Of a DNA stretch of 64,000 nt, positions 12,301-24,955 are shown one piece after another. The position numbers were made by a program, and so were the translations under genes. The stretch is from the NCBI GenBank assembly GCA_051362555.1, contig CM120646.1:21204001-21268000 (forward strand). The letters run 5' to 3'. Position 1 is the stretch's first letter. Every line of letters starts with the position of its first letter. The DNA comes from Lingula anatina. Its lineage: Eukaryota > Animalia > Brachiopoda. The notes under the pieces are model-generated. The model was not told where the DNA came from. It saw only the letters and a program-made list of their open reading frames with translations, and ran no database searches.

Positions 12301-15300
12301 AGGTATATACAAACTAGGTATTTAGACAAAAATACAAAGAGACTCTATATTTTACAGTGTTAGAAATTAAAAGTTTATGATTTCAGGCCATTCTATGTGT
12401 CTGCAGCCACTCCAGTTCCCAAAGACATTGTGGTTGTCATAGATACATCAGGATCCATGACAACATATCACAACAGCAAGACACTGCTCCAGATTGCCAA
12501 AGATGCAGCAAGAACAGTTGTGGAAACCTTGAGTGCAAATGACAGGGTGTGTTAGACAAGTTTTCATTTAATCTTTTTAATTGATAATTGTACCACCAGC
12601 GTTAGCGCTGGCGGTACACATGGTTTTAGTCCCGTCCGGATCGTTCCGCCGGCTCCTAGACGGTAAGGGCCTCCGTACCCATCTCTTGGATTTAGGTCAC
12701 CTATAATCTCTACTCGTTCCACGTAAAATTTGGGCTTTGTCGGTATTGGGGTCTAGGTGTGGCACTCATTGCAATGCACCCTTGTCCAAAAATGGCAAAA
12801 TTAAATGCTAATTATCTACCCTACGGAAGGAATTATGGGAAAAATTTCTACAGACGGCTTTCCAAAAGTCACATGTGTAGATTTCAAATATGCCCTTGGA
12901 TTTGACCTTTGACTTTTATTTCAAGGTTAAACAGGCCAACATTTTCAAAAAAAACGAATTTTTTTACGAAAAAAAAAATTATTTGCCCTGTTATTCAGAC
13001 ACCACATTATGCTATGACTCATATCATCTTTTTGCAGGTTGGACTTGTGTCGTTTTCCTCCGCTGCGTCCACGCCAGTGCTGTCAGAGAGCACCTGTTAT
13101 ACCACGTCTCTAGCTGCTGCCACGCCACAAAATGCCAAGAACTTGAAAAAATACATCGATAGTCTGAGGGCAGGTGGAGCAACTAACTACCAAGCCGCTA
13201 TGGAAAAAGCGTTCTCGTTATTCAATAGTTCTGAGAATTCCTTTAAAGGTGAAAAAAGAAGTAGGTTCAATCATTCAATCTTCCATTCATCTCTGCCTGT
13301 CCTGCCCACGCTAGCGAGTGGCATTCACAGACTACTCCACGCTTGATGATTTTGTGCCACTTGTCTCAGCCTTCTGCTTGGTGCCATCTTTTGAGCTTTG
13401 CTTCGGTATTTCATTACTCTTTGCCTTCTGGCAATGCATGATTTTTGTTAGGCTACATTAATGTTTTTTTTTAGTTTCTGACTGCATATTATGATGTGTT
13501 GTTACACAGAATTACTTTTTTTTTTTACAAAATTTACAATGTTTTGTTAAATATTAAAATTTTAAGCTAGATGAAAGAATTTTTTTATTTAAATTCTGTG
13601 TTGCAAAGTATAGTTTAACTGATGCTGTCACATGTTTTCTGTGTAAATAGAGTGCAGTATATTTGAAAATCCACAGTGATAAATTTCAAGAGTAGTGCTT
13701 TCATCTCATATTCATATTTGTGTTTCATTATTATGTATTTTTTTTATCAATTTATTCAAATTTTAACATAGTTTTTACATGGCGTAATGTTTATTCAAAT
13801 TCAAATCTCAAATATTTCCTACCAAGTATCCAGCCTTTTACCTCTGAGTCATTAATTTCAGATAAAGTGATATTATTCCTAACTGATGGTAAAAGAACAC
13901 AGGGCGGAAATCCTCTGGAGACCATACGGGATCAAAATGCCATCCTTGGCAACCAAGTCCTCATCTTAACATTTGGTCTCGGCCAGTGTAAGTCTGCATT
14001 TTAAATTATATTGATAATAATAATAATTGTTTAATAATTATATCACTCTGTAAATTATCATCCACAAATACCAGACTGAGCACTACCATGATATGGTGAA
14101 AGGTTGGGATTAATCAGGGGACAACAGACACCATTAATTTGTTTAAATTTATGTTTTTTTGATAAGATGGTGGAGACACTAAGACCCCATTTCCATAGAT
14201 TTTAGATCGATCTTTCCCTGTGGGGAGTCTCACTAGAAGTGAAAAATATTTTGAAATCACCTTTTTTTAGTGGATTTAATAAAAGTGAAAGTTACAATAA
14301 TGCAACTGAGTTATATTTCAGCCAATTTTAAGTCAATCATTGGCTAGCCATGCACTCAACATTCTATTTCAATTTTAGCCCTGGAGGAAAGTTCTCTCGC
14401 TGAATTGAGGAACATGGCTGCCCAGACTTTAAGCAATCAATTTTATGGGGAAATTACAGTGAGGCTTTCAAAACTTTCATAATTGCTTTTTTTCATTGAT
14501 TTAAAATTATGCTACTTTAAAGGAGAGATGATGATTTTCTATTAATGCTATAAATGGTAATTGGTTGAATTACTTAAAAATTACATAAAGGATTTCTTTT
14601 TATCACTTTTCTCACGTTTGAAAAAATAATTGTTTTGTATATAAGGTGTGGGCCTTTTGCATATCTTGATAATTGCTTTTGAGGGGGCTAGAAAAATTAT
14701 AGAGTTAAACAATAAAAGGGAATGAAATATTTACTTAGAAATTTACCAAAAATTTTTACAAACTCCTTGCAGGCTGGCACCTTCACTCATGTTACGGACC
14801 CAAATCGTCTTCGTTCTGCCATGGCGTCTTACTACGACATCTTCAGCTCTACTGGCAGTCCCATTATAGACCCCCAGTTCTCTGTACCATATATAGACTT
14901 ATTTGGGACAGGTAAGGCTGAACTTAATCATACCACCACCCAAGTGAATTGCTAAACTAAACTTCTTAATATCCATGCTTATGAAACTGCACTGATTGAC
15001 CCTAAAATCAGATCAGCTCAGTTAGAGAAATATGATTCATGCAACCTAAAACTATAATGTGATGCTTAATGATGTGAGGCCTTTAGCTACAGAACATAAT
15101 AAGATACAAATATTTTAATGAAAAGTGGAATTACAAAATAATAAATATTTTGAAATGCTAATAGAACTTAGAATTACTTAAACATATTTATAAGGTCAGA
15201 AGCAGGTAATTTGATGAATATAATTTATATATTAATGTTTTTCTATAAATTGCTTCCTATTTAAAATCATTGTTGTTCTTATATATATAAATTTCAGGTC

Positions 15301-17607
15301 TCATCACATCAGTCTGCTTGCCTGCATACCACAGTGGCCGACTAATTGGTGTAGCTTGCTCTGATGTTGCCATGAGTGAACTCCTCTCTGAAGCCACCTA
15401 CTTTGACAAGGGTGAACTGAGCTATGCCTTTGTTATCAATGGCTATGGCAGGACATATTCCCACCCTCTGCTGCCAAGACCCTATGATGTCACAGATGAT
15501 CCCATCTTTGTGGATATTCATCACTTAGAGAGGGCACCTGCTGCGAAAGCAGTGATTAGCTCCATGATCAGGTTAGTAGTAGACATTTTTATTATTTCAT
15601 GGACAAAACACAAAGATGTTTCCATTTTGATAAAGTACCATTTTCTATTGAAAGGAAAATTTAACAAATTTTTTCACATACGTCTCACAGACATAAGTTT
15701 TGTTGACATATTCGTAAAGCTTCGATCAAAATAACAACAATTCAAGGATGAATTACATATTTTATTCCTTGTGATATTTTTATCATCAGCTGCTGTTATT
15801 AAAAAAGTACTGATGTGAGAGAGCCTTCTTGAAACAATTATTTTTCTTCTCAGAGGCGAGGAGGGTAACAGCAGCTTTGTTTCCACCAGAACACAGGCCA
15901 GAGGAGATGTGTTCAGAGAAGGTGTCAGCTTAACAAATGTCATGTCACATTACTACTGGGCACCAGTAAGACTTCTGCTTCAAATAAAGACTAATTTCTG
16001 ATTATAAATAATTTGAAGTGACTTGGAAAGATACATTTGAGCACTTGTGATATGGAGATATGAATTCAAGAGATGTGGATAATTATAGTATCAGTTGTGC
16101 TTCATTTTATTTATTTTTGCTTTCTAAGAAAGAAGTAAAAGTTAAAATGTGCATCTTCCGTAAAATCTGACTAAATGGTTACATGATTTTTTTTTATTTT
16201 AGACTGGCCCCATCATTATATCATTTGTTATTTTTTAAATTTTTTATTTTTGTCACGAATTCACTCCTGATCACAAAAACTACAGCTGTAACAATGACAA
16301 TATATCACAACACCATGGAAATAACTCTTTTATCCCAAATAAGTAGCACTACAAGATAGGACCAACTCACGTTTTTTCAGATTCCTGGGAGTAATATCTC
16401 GGTATGTCTAGTCATAGGAGAGGGTGACAAAATCAGCGTGCCGTCACCTCAGACTGCAACGTCGGCCATGTTTAACTACCACAGATATGACCTCAAACCT
16501 CCATCAAGTCCATGCAAGCACTTTTCTCGATATGCATCGAAAGGTTCGTACTCTTTATAGTAACATATGCTAGAGCTTTAACATGTGTGGTATGCTGTGA
16601 TAAGCCACATGGTTTTTTGAATGAAAATGATTCAGGAAATTCATATCATAGTCATGAAATTTACATTTTTCAGTGGAAAATCTCTCTTTAATTCCATCAA
16701 AATATAACACAAAATGATATTCTACAAAATGGTAGTAATAACAATGCAGAGTAGAAATACGTAGATGATATTTGTTTGATTTTCAATTATTGTCCATATT
16801 ACAGGCTCTAGTGCAGTGATGCTCACCCCAGGGGCCTTCAGACAGCCATATCACTATCTTAACACTGAGGAAACAGCCACCAATGTCACACAATATGAGA
16901 GATATCTCACAGGACAGAGCTCACAAAACCCTGGCTTAAAGGTCAGTTGTGTATTTTATATAAGGGCTCCTGATATAATTCCTGCCTTAAAAAGGTGATA
17001 TTTATGACAGATCTAATTGTCAATTCTAATGCAGGACAGGTGTCTGAGGCACAGTGGGATGACTGCAGTTACGTCATAAGCCATAGGGATCATTTCCAGA
17101 CCCTATCATACTAACTGTTGATCGATCTCCAAGGGGATTCTTGCTGAATTGCAATTAACTTAAGCAGCTTATATGTCTTTCACGGAAGCTGTTAAGGGGT
17201 AATTAACTATTGTGTAGCAGCTTTAGTGGGTGTGCCAGACATCTAAGCCGCTTAAGCTGAAAGCAATTTAGCGAGAAACGCCTTAGAAATGGATCGATCC
17301 TGTTAAATCAATCTAGGTATGGGAACCCAGTCATAGATACTCCTCCCTCCCTGTGATAGTTAAATCTCTGGTGTGACAGGATTCTAAATGTTCACAGGAA
17401 CACATCTGTGAGGATGACTTGCCCTGAATTGCCCAGTAATTTAGAAGCATGGGTGATAATTAAGTCACCAGTATAAAATGAAGTTACTTTTTAGTATTAT
17501 TATTATAGATTATTACTTTCATTAACTCGTTAAAATATTTAGACATTTTGGTTCTGTTTGACATTTAGTATTTTGCTGTCTGTTTTTCTTCCAGTTACTT
17601 AAAAATG

Positions 17608-17653
<46 letters not shown>

Positions 17654-20600
17654 GAATATTACTTTCTTTAACCCATTAAAATATGGTGAGAATTTGATTC
17701 TGTTTATCATTTGTAGTATTTTGGTGTCTGTTTCTCTCCCAGACCTCCATTCTGGACAGTGTAGTGATCACATACAAAGCTGAAGAAATCTGGAAGAGGA
17801 AACCAGCAGACTTTGTTGTGTATAGATCTATTGGGACGATGGACGGTTTAATGAGACTTCTCCCAGGGTTGCAGCTGACGAAAAATTACGACCACACCAG
17901 GAGAGCTTGGTACCTGTTTATCTTTGTCAGATTTTGTTTTGTGATTCAACTTTTACCCGAGTCTGAAGAAAAACCCAGTCTAATTATTTTTAGGCTAAGG
18001 CCACATTCAGAACAGTGGACTAACTAGTCTGCAGGTCAAGTATGGCTTCCCTCTAAAAAACATGCCATCTAATCCACTAATAGACACTGAATAGATTCTC
18101 TTTGAAATGTTACCTCCATTTTTTAGGTTCAAGAGGACCTTAACATACAAGGGCACAAATGTGGTTTCACCGCCATATTTGGATGTTTGGGGTTCTGGCT
18201 ATGTCATAACACTCAGTCATACTTTATATGAGGGAAAGTGAGTAATATCTGTAATAATGATAATAATGAAGTGAAATTATTACATATTTATTTAGTAGTA
18301 ATATTCTAATGAAATAGAAATGCACAATGCCTTATTTTTCAAAGTAAAGAATGTAATTGTTCCCAAAGAGCCGTAACATGTTATATTACTACCAGCAAGC
18401 ACATGCATATAGGACATCATTTCACCTCTCTTGCATCAAAGTTGATAATGTGTCTAGTCCCATCAGAAACTATGTTACTTTTTTGCTTACTTTACACAAG
18501 ATAGAAATATAGACCTACATGTATTTCACCATTGTGTTTTCGTGTATTATTTTGTCAGATCTGGAGGAGTGCATACACCCAATGACAAAGTGACGGCAGT
18601 TATTTTGACGGACTTCACCATTACTTATTTCTACCAGGTGATTCAGGACAGATACGTAAACTGTAGAGATGCTGGATACAGGTAACAACCAATTACTTAA
18701 ATTGTTTCATTATATGTACATTATAAAAATATTTTAATGAAATCTTTTACTTTTGAAAAACTTTGGGAATTTTTGAATTTTAACCTAGTGTTTGATGATA
18801 GAAATATTATATTGAGAAAAAGAAAGTAATATGTTTACATACAATATTCTTTTTTGTTAATTGGTATGAATGAATATTTTTTCATGTTTTAGCTGCTTAG
18901 TGATGGATTCCAGTGGTTTCATAGTAATGCATGATGATTTTGTAAAAGCTACTGACACGCCTGATATTGAAAATGTACACATTTTAAAAAAGGTTAGTGA
19001 TGCATACCTTGAACAGGGTGAATTACTTATTGTAAATTAGAATTCAGAATTGCGTATGCCAGTTTTCTTAGATCGGAAAAATAAGGCAGTGATTGTCTGA
19101 ATTTTTTTTAATAATCAAAAGAATGAATTGCTTTTCAAATATTCAAATTGCAGTATTTAAAACCAAAAAATGTTATGCTTCTCATATTGCAAAGGATGGA
19201 TTTCATTTTCAGGAACCTGTAATAGGTTCAAACCTGGTCACAAGGGGGCTGCTGTCCAAGAGAAGCTGCCTGGATTTTGAGTCAATAAAGGAACAATACT
19301 TTTGGCAGGTAAATGGTAGCAGTTTATGACAAATTTTTTCTTTGCATTTGTTTATTTTCAAAAGAGATCAGAATCAGTCATCCACTATGATTTGGCTTGA
19401 TTAATATTTTATTCATTATGAAGGAATCTAATCTGATAGAAATTTCAGTACTGTCTCTTTAAACTGTTCTCAAAAATAAAGTTAAGAACTTTGCATATTT
19501 CTCAAGTAAAATTTTGATGTATTGTTCTGTTAAACCAACTTCTTTGAGTAATTTTCCAGGTAAATTTACCAAATCCTAATGGACTGGATCTTATGCAGAG
19601 CAGTCCATCATATGAAATACGACCAATTCCTAACAGCAACATTTACCTGATAATCTACAGCAAGAAAATGTCAGAAAGTATTTCTTGTTCTTGTGTAAGT
19701 CAATTATATATGACTTTGAATATTATTTTAAATATTAATAATATTGATATAATGAATTAATTGATTTATCACGTAAAGATTTTTATAAAAATGACAAACT
19801 TTTTACAAATTGTTTGATTCTTCATAAACGATTACCAGGTCTAATTATTTTGATCAAGATAAAAGAAATATTTTGCCCCTCCATCATTTTTTGAATGTTT
19901 TTACTATCTCAACTTTCTAAGAGGTAATGAATTAATGAATTAATACAAATATGTCACCTGCTTACTTTATTACCCAGTCACTGGTGGCTTTCTGTAAGCT
20001 GGGTTAGTGCTAACACTTGCCAATTTAGCCAAATGCTAAAACTGACTTCAATTGGCTAAACAAAAAGGGCTTGATTTGACTAATTTTATTCAAATTAAAG
20101 CCATTTGGATAACAAATTGACAAAAAAGTGGTAATTTGGCTAAGCGAAAAAAAATTGCTAGTGCTACCCCAGTGTAAGGAATGGGCCACCCAATGATGAA
20201 AGTTGTTAGCATTATTTTTTTTTTGTCAAAATCAAAACACTGTAACTCAGGCTTACATATCTGTAATGTAATAGATATAATTATAGAATATCTTATACTA
20301 TATAGAGATGATTATTTTCCAGCCTTTTGGTTCTGTGTCTCCATCCAAGTTTGAATGTTCTCCAAGACAAACATGCGAGTGTCCCTGTCACAGCAAGGCT
20401 GACAACTTTAACTACTGTACAAACTTTTACACCTTATTATAGTAAGTGTCCCTGTCACAGCAAGGCTGACAGCTTTAATTACTGTACAAATTTTTACAAC
20501 TTATTATAGGAAGTGGTTGTGAAACGTGGTTATCTTTATTCTTCTTAAACAAACCTTAAGGCAAAACCACAGAATACAATTTAACAATACAATACAATAA

Positions 20601-22575
20601 TTTTTTTTTCATGTCGGGTATAAATTGAAAGGAAACATTAGCTTTGCTGCTATTCATCTACTTTACTTATGAGACAGATAGACCAGTTCATATTTCAGCA
20701 TTCTGTTTTAGGTCTTCAATTATAATATTTACATTTATCAATTTCTTGTACTATTGATTCTATTAGACCAAAAATAATGAACCTGTATTTGAAGTAAATG
20801 TAGTCAATAGGCGGTTTCTGTGTAAAAAAAAAAAAAAAAAAGCAGCCCCGAACTCCCAGTTTCAGGGCCAAAGGGCCCCTTTTCTTCCAATATTTTTCTT
20901 AGCAACTTGTATTCATATCAAATATGAATGTCTTGTTCACTCTAGTGATTCGGCCCAAACCTGTGCCTCCCCAGCGCCTGACCTTACAGATATTGCCAAG
21001 GGGGAAGTCGAGAAGGTGAAAGACCTGGACCTCTGCATCCCTGTGAACTGCTCAGCTAAAAGTTCCCAAGAGTAAGTACAACTTGAGTTCATCCTGAGTT
21101 GAGAGGTCACTAAAACTGTTTTTTTTTTTTTTTTAATTTCTTTCATCAGCGTGCAATTTGAAATAAGATTTGTGGAAGACTGTCTGCAAAGTGCTCAAAA
21201 AACCTAGCTCCTAGGAGTTAGTAGAAGACTAAACAAACTGTATTCGCCTGGTGATTTCTGCAGTCAGGCAACTAGAATTTAAGACAAAGGCAAGCGTTTG
21301 CTAATGAACCACTTGCCCAATGTAAATTGGATGTTATAAAGCACCCCCCCCCCCCCCCCCCCCACCACCACCACCACTATTTGATTTTGTTTTTGCCCCT
21401 TACTTCCCCACAACCTCCCAAGTCTTTTAAAAATTGATTTTGGATTGGGGCAAGTAGAATTTTAGATGGCTTGTCAAGCTCTGAAGTGGATTGTCCTGAG
21501 TTCCCAAGTTTACTGAAGACTCCCCTCTGTTGTCAGGGTGCTTCTGTTGTTAGAGCTCTCCTGACGGTGGAGGAGAGATTTCAGTTAACTCTGACCCAAA
21601 GGGTGATGTACATGGAAGTAGAAGTTAGAACTATTGGATAAAGTTTTTACTGTAACATCTGTGGTTAACTTGATAATAGAAGAGTTTTAATGATTTGAAA
21701 GTGACTTTCTTGATTATTTCCATTGAATTTTTGTTAATGTTGTTGCTATAATCATTATTTTGCAAGCTTCACCACTACCGGTAAGTGTTATACCTGTTAT
21801 TAAATTAATCTTTCATTTATTGTAGTGTGTTCATTCAATCTTTTTCACGTTTATTAAAAAATTTAAAACTGTATCTTAACGTATTCCAGCTCCTGTTTCT
21901 CAGTGGCAGGGTGCAGTTGGTGCTCTCTGGGTAAAAGAGGAGAAACCTTAGCATCCCCTTTCTGTGCTAGCCAGTCTGTATGTTACTTTGGAAAACTGGC
22001 CCAGGATCAGCCCTGCACCTCTGGTATGTATTGTGTGCACATGCACAAACTCTCACACATGCTCACGCTCAAACTTACACAACTTTTATTTACTTATAAA
22101 AAAGCAAAAATTCTGGGCATAGCTAGTCGAAATGGTTCACTCCTTTTGTTTATGTTGAAAAGAAAGTCAACTTAAAACAATTTTAATTTATTATAATTGT
22201 ATTCATTAATGATAATATTATAGATTTATTTATCCTGATCCCATTACATTTCCAGGTACCTGCTCAGATCCTGATGGTGGAACACAAACATCAGGTGAAA
22301 ACAATGCAGGGGCCGTAGCTGGGGGAGTCATAGGGGCAGTTATACTACTTATCTTAATTATCATCATATTCATGTTATACAAGAAAGGAAAGATCTGTGC
22401 ATCCAAGCCCAGGACACCAAGTAATGTGAACAGCCCCGGCTCCAATAACTTGGCTTTCTCTGATATAACCTCCCCCCCTGTGAACCCCTCTGCTCCGCCC
22501 TCCTTTGGACATGTTGGCGTGGACCCCCCACCAAGTTACACTGAGGTCTATCAGCAAGGGTTCACTTATAAGTAA
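9336..22575 (+). CDS. CACHD1-like: Gene B: VWA and Cache domain-containing single-pass membrane protein (CACHD1/alpha2delta-like), 23 coding exons, about 1144 aa
   Basis: Exons: 9336-9482, 10232-10294, 10884-11045, 11592-11809, 12387-12546, 13038-13260, 13862-13987, 14379-14458, 14773-14911, 15298-15571, 15854-15965, 16381-16543, 16805-16941, 17743-17909, 18127-18237, 18559-18681, 18893-18992, 19213-19308, 19560-19694, 20323-20441, 20946-21071, 21890-22023, 22256-22575. All introns GT-AG; total 3435 nt, in frame. Signal peptide, VWA with MIDAS (DTSGS, ATNY, FLTDG), two Cache modules, Cys-rich CECPC and PSI-like CSWC region, TM helix AVAGGVIGAVILLILIIIIFMLY, short tail. Confidence 0.92.
12590..13000 (+). 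mobile_element. HINE / Helentron-like non-autonomous element fragment in intron 5 of B (copy in C at about 30359-30770)
   Basis: Starts after TT with hairpin GTACCACCAGCG-TTAG-CGCTGGCGGTAC, then GTCC-like motifs and TTTGACCTTTGAC. Absent from the D intron 5. Confidence 0.5.
13262..13430 (-). mobile_element. Possible degenerate LINE (RTE-like) 3' remnant in intron 6 (also at 31031-31199 and 48333-48500)
   Basis: GC-richer island. The minus strand translates to ..VAQNHQAWSSL.., resembling the AQDRxxWRxL C-terminus of RTE ORF2. Weak match. Confidence 0.25.
17086..17330. mobile_element. Palindromic MITE in intron 13 (copies at about 34858-35102 and 56127-56385)
   Basis: Imperfect inverted arms GATCGATC..GCTGAATTGC..CTTAAGC / GCTTAAG..GCAATTTAGC..GATCGATC around a core GGGGTAATTAACTAT shared with the element at 52940-53164. 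Confidence 0.6.
17611..17652. repeat. (ATT)n microsatellite; longer in C (35395-35449), short in D
   Basis: Direct read. Confidence 0.95.
19999..20172. mobile_element. Short MITE in intron 19 of B (copy in C at 37803-37976), absent in D
   Basis: Ends CTGGGTTAG...CTACCCCAG, flanked by duplicated TGTAAG. D shows the empty site ttcTGTAAGgaatgg near 60510. Confidence 0.8.
20378..20511 (+). repeat. 67-bp tandem repeat x2 spanning the exon 20 3' end and donor (C copy at 38182-38315)
   Basis: Unit AGTGTCCCTGTCACAGCAAGGCTGACA..TTATTATAGTA starts at 20378 and 20445. Confidence 0.92.
21260..21525. mobile_element. Probable degenerate MITE with a poly-C/(CCA)n tract in intron 21 (copies near 39066-39325 and 62157-62445)
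   Basis: Internal inverted motif ACTTGCCCAA / TTGGGGCAAGT around a variable C-tract. Confidence 0.35.
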
Positions 22576-22875
22576 CAGCGCTTTTTTTTTCATCTTCAAA
22601 TTTCTTATAGACAGGTGGTATGATTAGGATGTGAGAGACAGAGCACTTGGCTTAAGCATCACTTGCACTTTACAAGTCTTGCCATTTCCTGATAATTTTA
22701 TCTGAAATACTGGTATCAGGTGTGTATACGGGATCGCAGTGAAATTGCTTAACGTAGGTACATGTTCTTCATGTTGAATAACGTGATTTATTCATCACAA
22801 TTCACATTTAAGATGGGACAACAAATTACTTATCCCATGTCACATTCCAGACATGTTAATGTGATATTCAATACA

Positions 22876-23010
22876 AATTCACATTCCAGATGTGATAACA
22901 TGATTTTCATCCCAATTCACATTCCAGATGTGATAAACATGATTTTCATCCCAATTCACATTCCAGATGTGATAAACATGATTTTTATCCCAATTCACAT
23001 TCCAGATGAG
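22876..23010 (+). repeat. 38-39 bp minisatellite in the putative 3'UTR (3.5 units in B, 3.5 in C at 40675-40805, 1.5 in D at 63785-63840)
   Basis: Unit AATTCACATTCCAGATGTGATAA(A)CATGATTTTCATCCC. Confidence 0.9.
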
Positions 23011-24086
23011 CAAAAACACTGCTTTTTATCTCTTTTTGTTCTTTGTATTACATATATTTAATTATTAACTATTTTTATAGGATATTATTATTATTATAAA
23101 TACTCAAGAGAAGTGAAGACAACTGAATCTCTATGCATTATAATTTCCATTTAACGCAGTGTTGAGCATTATTTACATCTTTGTCGAATATACTTTTTCT
23201 TCTATACAAAAGAAATATCCATTGAAAATATTCATGTTTTCTCAAAGAATACCCCACTCTGCCTGAAATGAGATTTTAGACTATATATTAATACATATCA
23301 TGTAACTGTCATTGAAATTGTTCAACTCATCTGGAACACTGTTCATCATTATCATTTTGAAACCAGATGGAGAAACTAAGCAGTTCAGAAATGATGCATA
23401 TCTCTATGGAAAAATATTGCATAATATACAGACATCACAGGCATTGTGAATATCTGAATATATGTGTCTGAATATAATTTTTACTGGATTTATTTTACAA
23501 AAAAAAGTTAACTATGACAAATTTGTCCTAACAATGAGAACCCCTGCTGTAAACCAAGTAAAAGAAAAAAATGTTATTACTGGAAGAATTATTTATGCTG
23601 TATAAATTATTTATAGTATCACCTTGACCTTCGAAGAAATGATTTTTGCAGTGTTCTTATCAGTCAAGGTAAAAACGGTTTCAGTCTGTATCTGTGTGTA
23701 TGTGTTTACAGTTTATATTTATAATGTTATACACTGGGACAGGTAAGAATGGTTTTATTGGCCAATGACAATTTTTTCCTCTGTCTTAGACCTCTTTTTC
23801 TTTTGCTCAAGTAACAGCCATTTCATTTTTTTTTTAATTTGATAATGTAAGCTTTAATTACTCCAGATGTTTTATGCTGGGAACTTTTATGGACACACTA
23901 TGCAATGTACAATATCCTAGATGTATTTTGGAAATAATTTTCTGCATTAATATGGTATATACAATTTCTTTAATAAAGTAGTAATGATGGGCACCTTCTT
24001 TATCCTATACTATTGTTATTAAAATATTTGTTTTATTTACTTACACATTTCCTTGCTGACTCAAATCCAACTTGTATTCAGGATTT

Positions 24087-24955
24087 TAATAATAATAATA
24101 TGTATTTATTTGCAACTTAAAAAGTTGGATTTTACAATAAAAACAAATAGTCGTGAGATGCACAATCTTAAAATATACTTGCAAGTTTTAAAATGATTCG
24201 ATACACATTAAAAATTCATAAAAAAGCCCATGGGATAAAAGTTTTTTGGCACAGTGTACTTATAAACCCGGCGCAAAGTGTAGGAACTTTCATTTATCTC
24301 TGGTAGCAAATGATTGATTTTGTGTCCTTCAGAGTACATGTTATGCAATAATGTTTTAGATAGTTCATCTCTTCTACAAGCAAGAGTGATAAGTTTACAT
24401 GTTTCAAGTGCCCCATCGTAGGACAGCTCTGGGAATATAATCTTACATGCTCTAATCTGAATGGATTCAATTTTATCAATTTGTTGTTGTGTAAGACCTG
24501 GGTGCCACACCTGACATGCATATTCTAATGTAGGTCTGATTACTGATGTATAAAAGCTTACAAGTTCATTGGTTGGAATACCCGCTCTTTTCAGAAGCTC
24601 AAGATTGTGTAGCCTTGTACTTGCTTTTTTACAAATATCACAGATGTGACCTTCCCAGCTCAAATCACTACTGATCCTAACCCCTAAGAAGACAGCAGAC
24701 CCCACTCTCTCAATCCTTTGATTATCTACTAGCAAGGGTGTAGTTTAGTGTCCTTTTTTGGAGAAATCAAATATGATCTCTTTGGTCTTGGTAGTATTTA
24801 TTCTTAGTTTATTAGCATGGGACCAGAGAGTAAGTTCTGTTGTTGCATCAGGGAGATTGTCCTGCAGTTTGGTATTCCTGTAGCTTAGAATTGTGGTGTC
24901 ATCTACATATTTGAATGTCACATTTGGTGCTCAGATCATTAGTCATAATGACAAA
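24087..24955 (-). mobile_element. 5'-truncated non-LTR retrotransposon (CR1/L2-group LINE), reverse transcriptase C-terminal part
   Basis: FKYVDDTT near 24900, then a frameshift, then ORF 24208-24735 with FLGVRISSDLSW and IRPTLEYACQVWHP. AATAAA plus a (TAT)n tail near 24087-24112 on the minus strand. Confidence 0.9.

Noticed and set aside
9336-22575. Calling the genes CACNA2D (alpha2delta) orthologs
   Set aside because: They have a true TM helix with a cytoplasmic tail of about 65 aa and a PSI-like Cys region, closer to the CACHD1 architecture. Orthology needs a tree.
22762-23061. 99-aa ORF with a repeated NMIFIPIHIPDV peptide
   Set aside because: Produced by the 3'UTR minisatellite; the frame is not kept in C or D.
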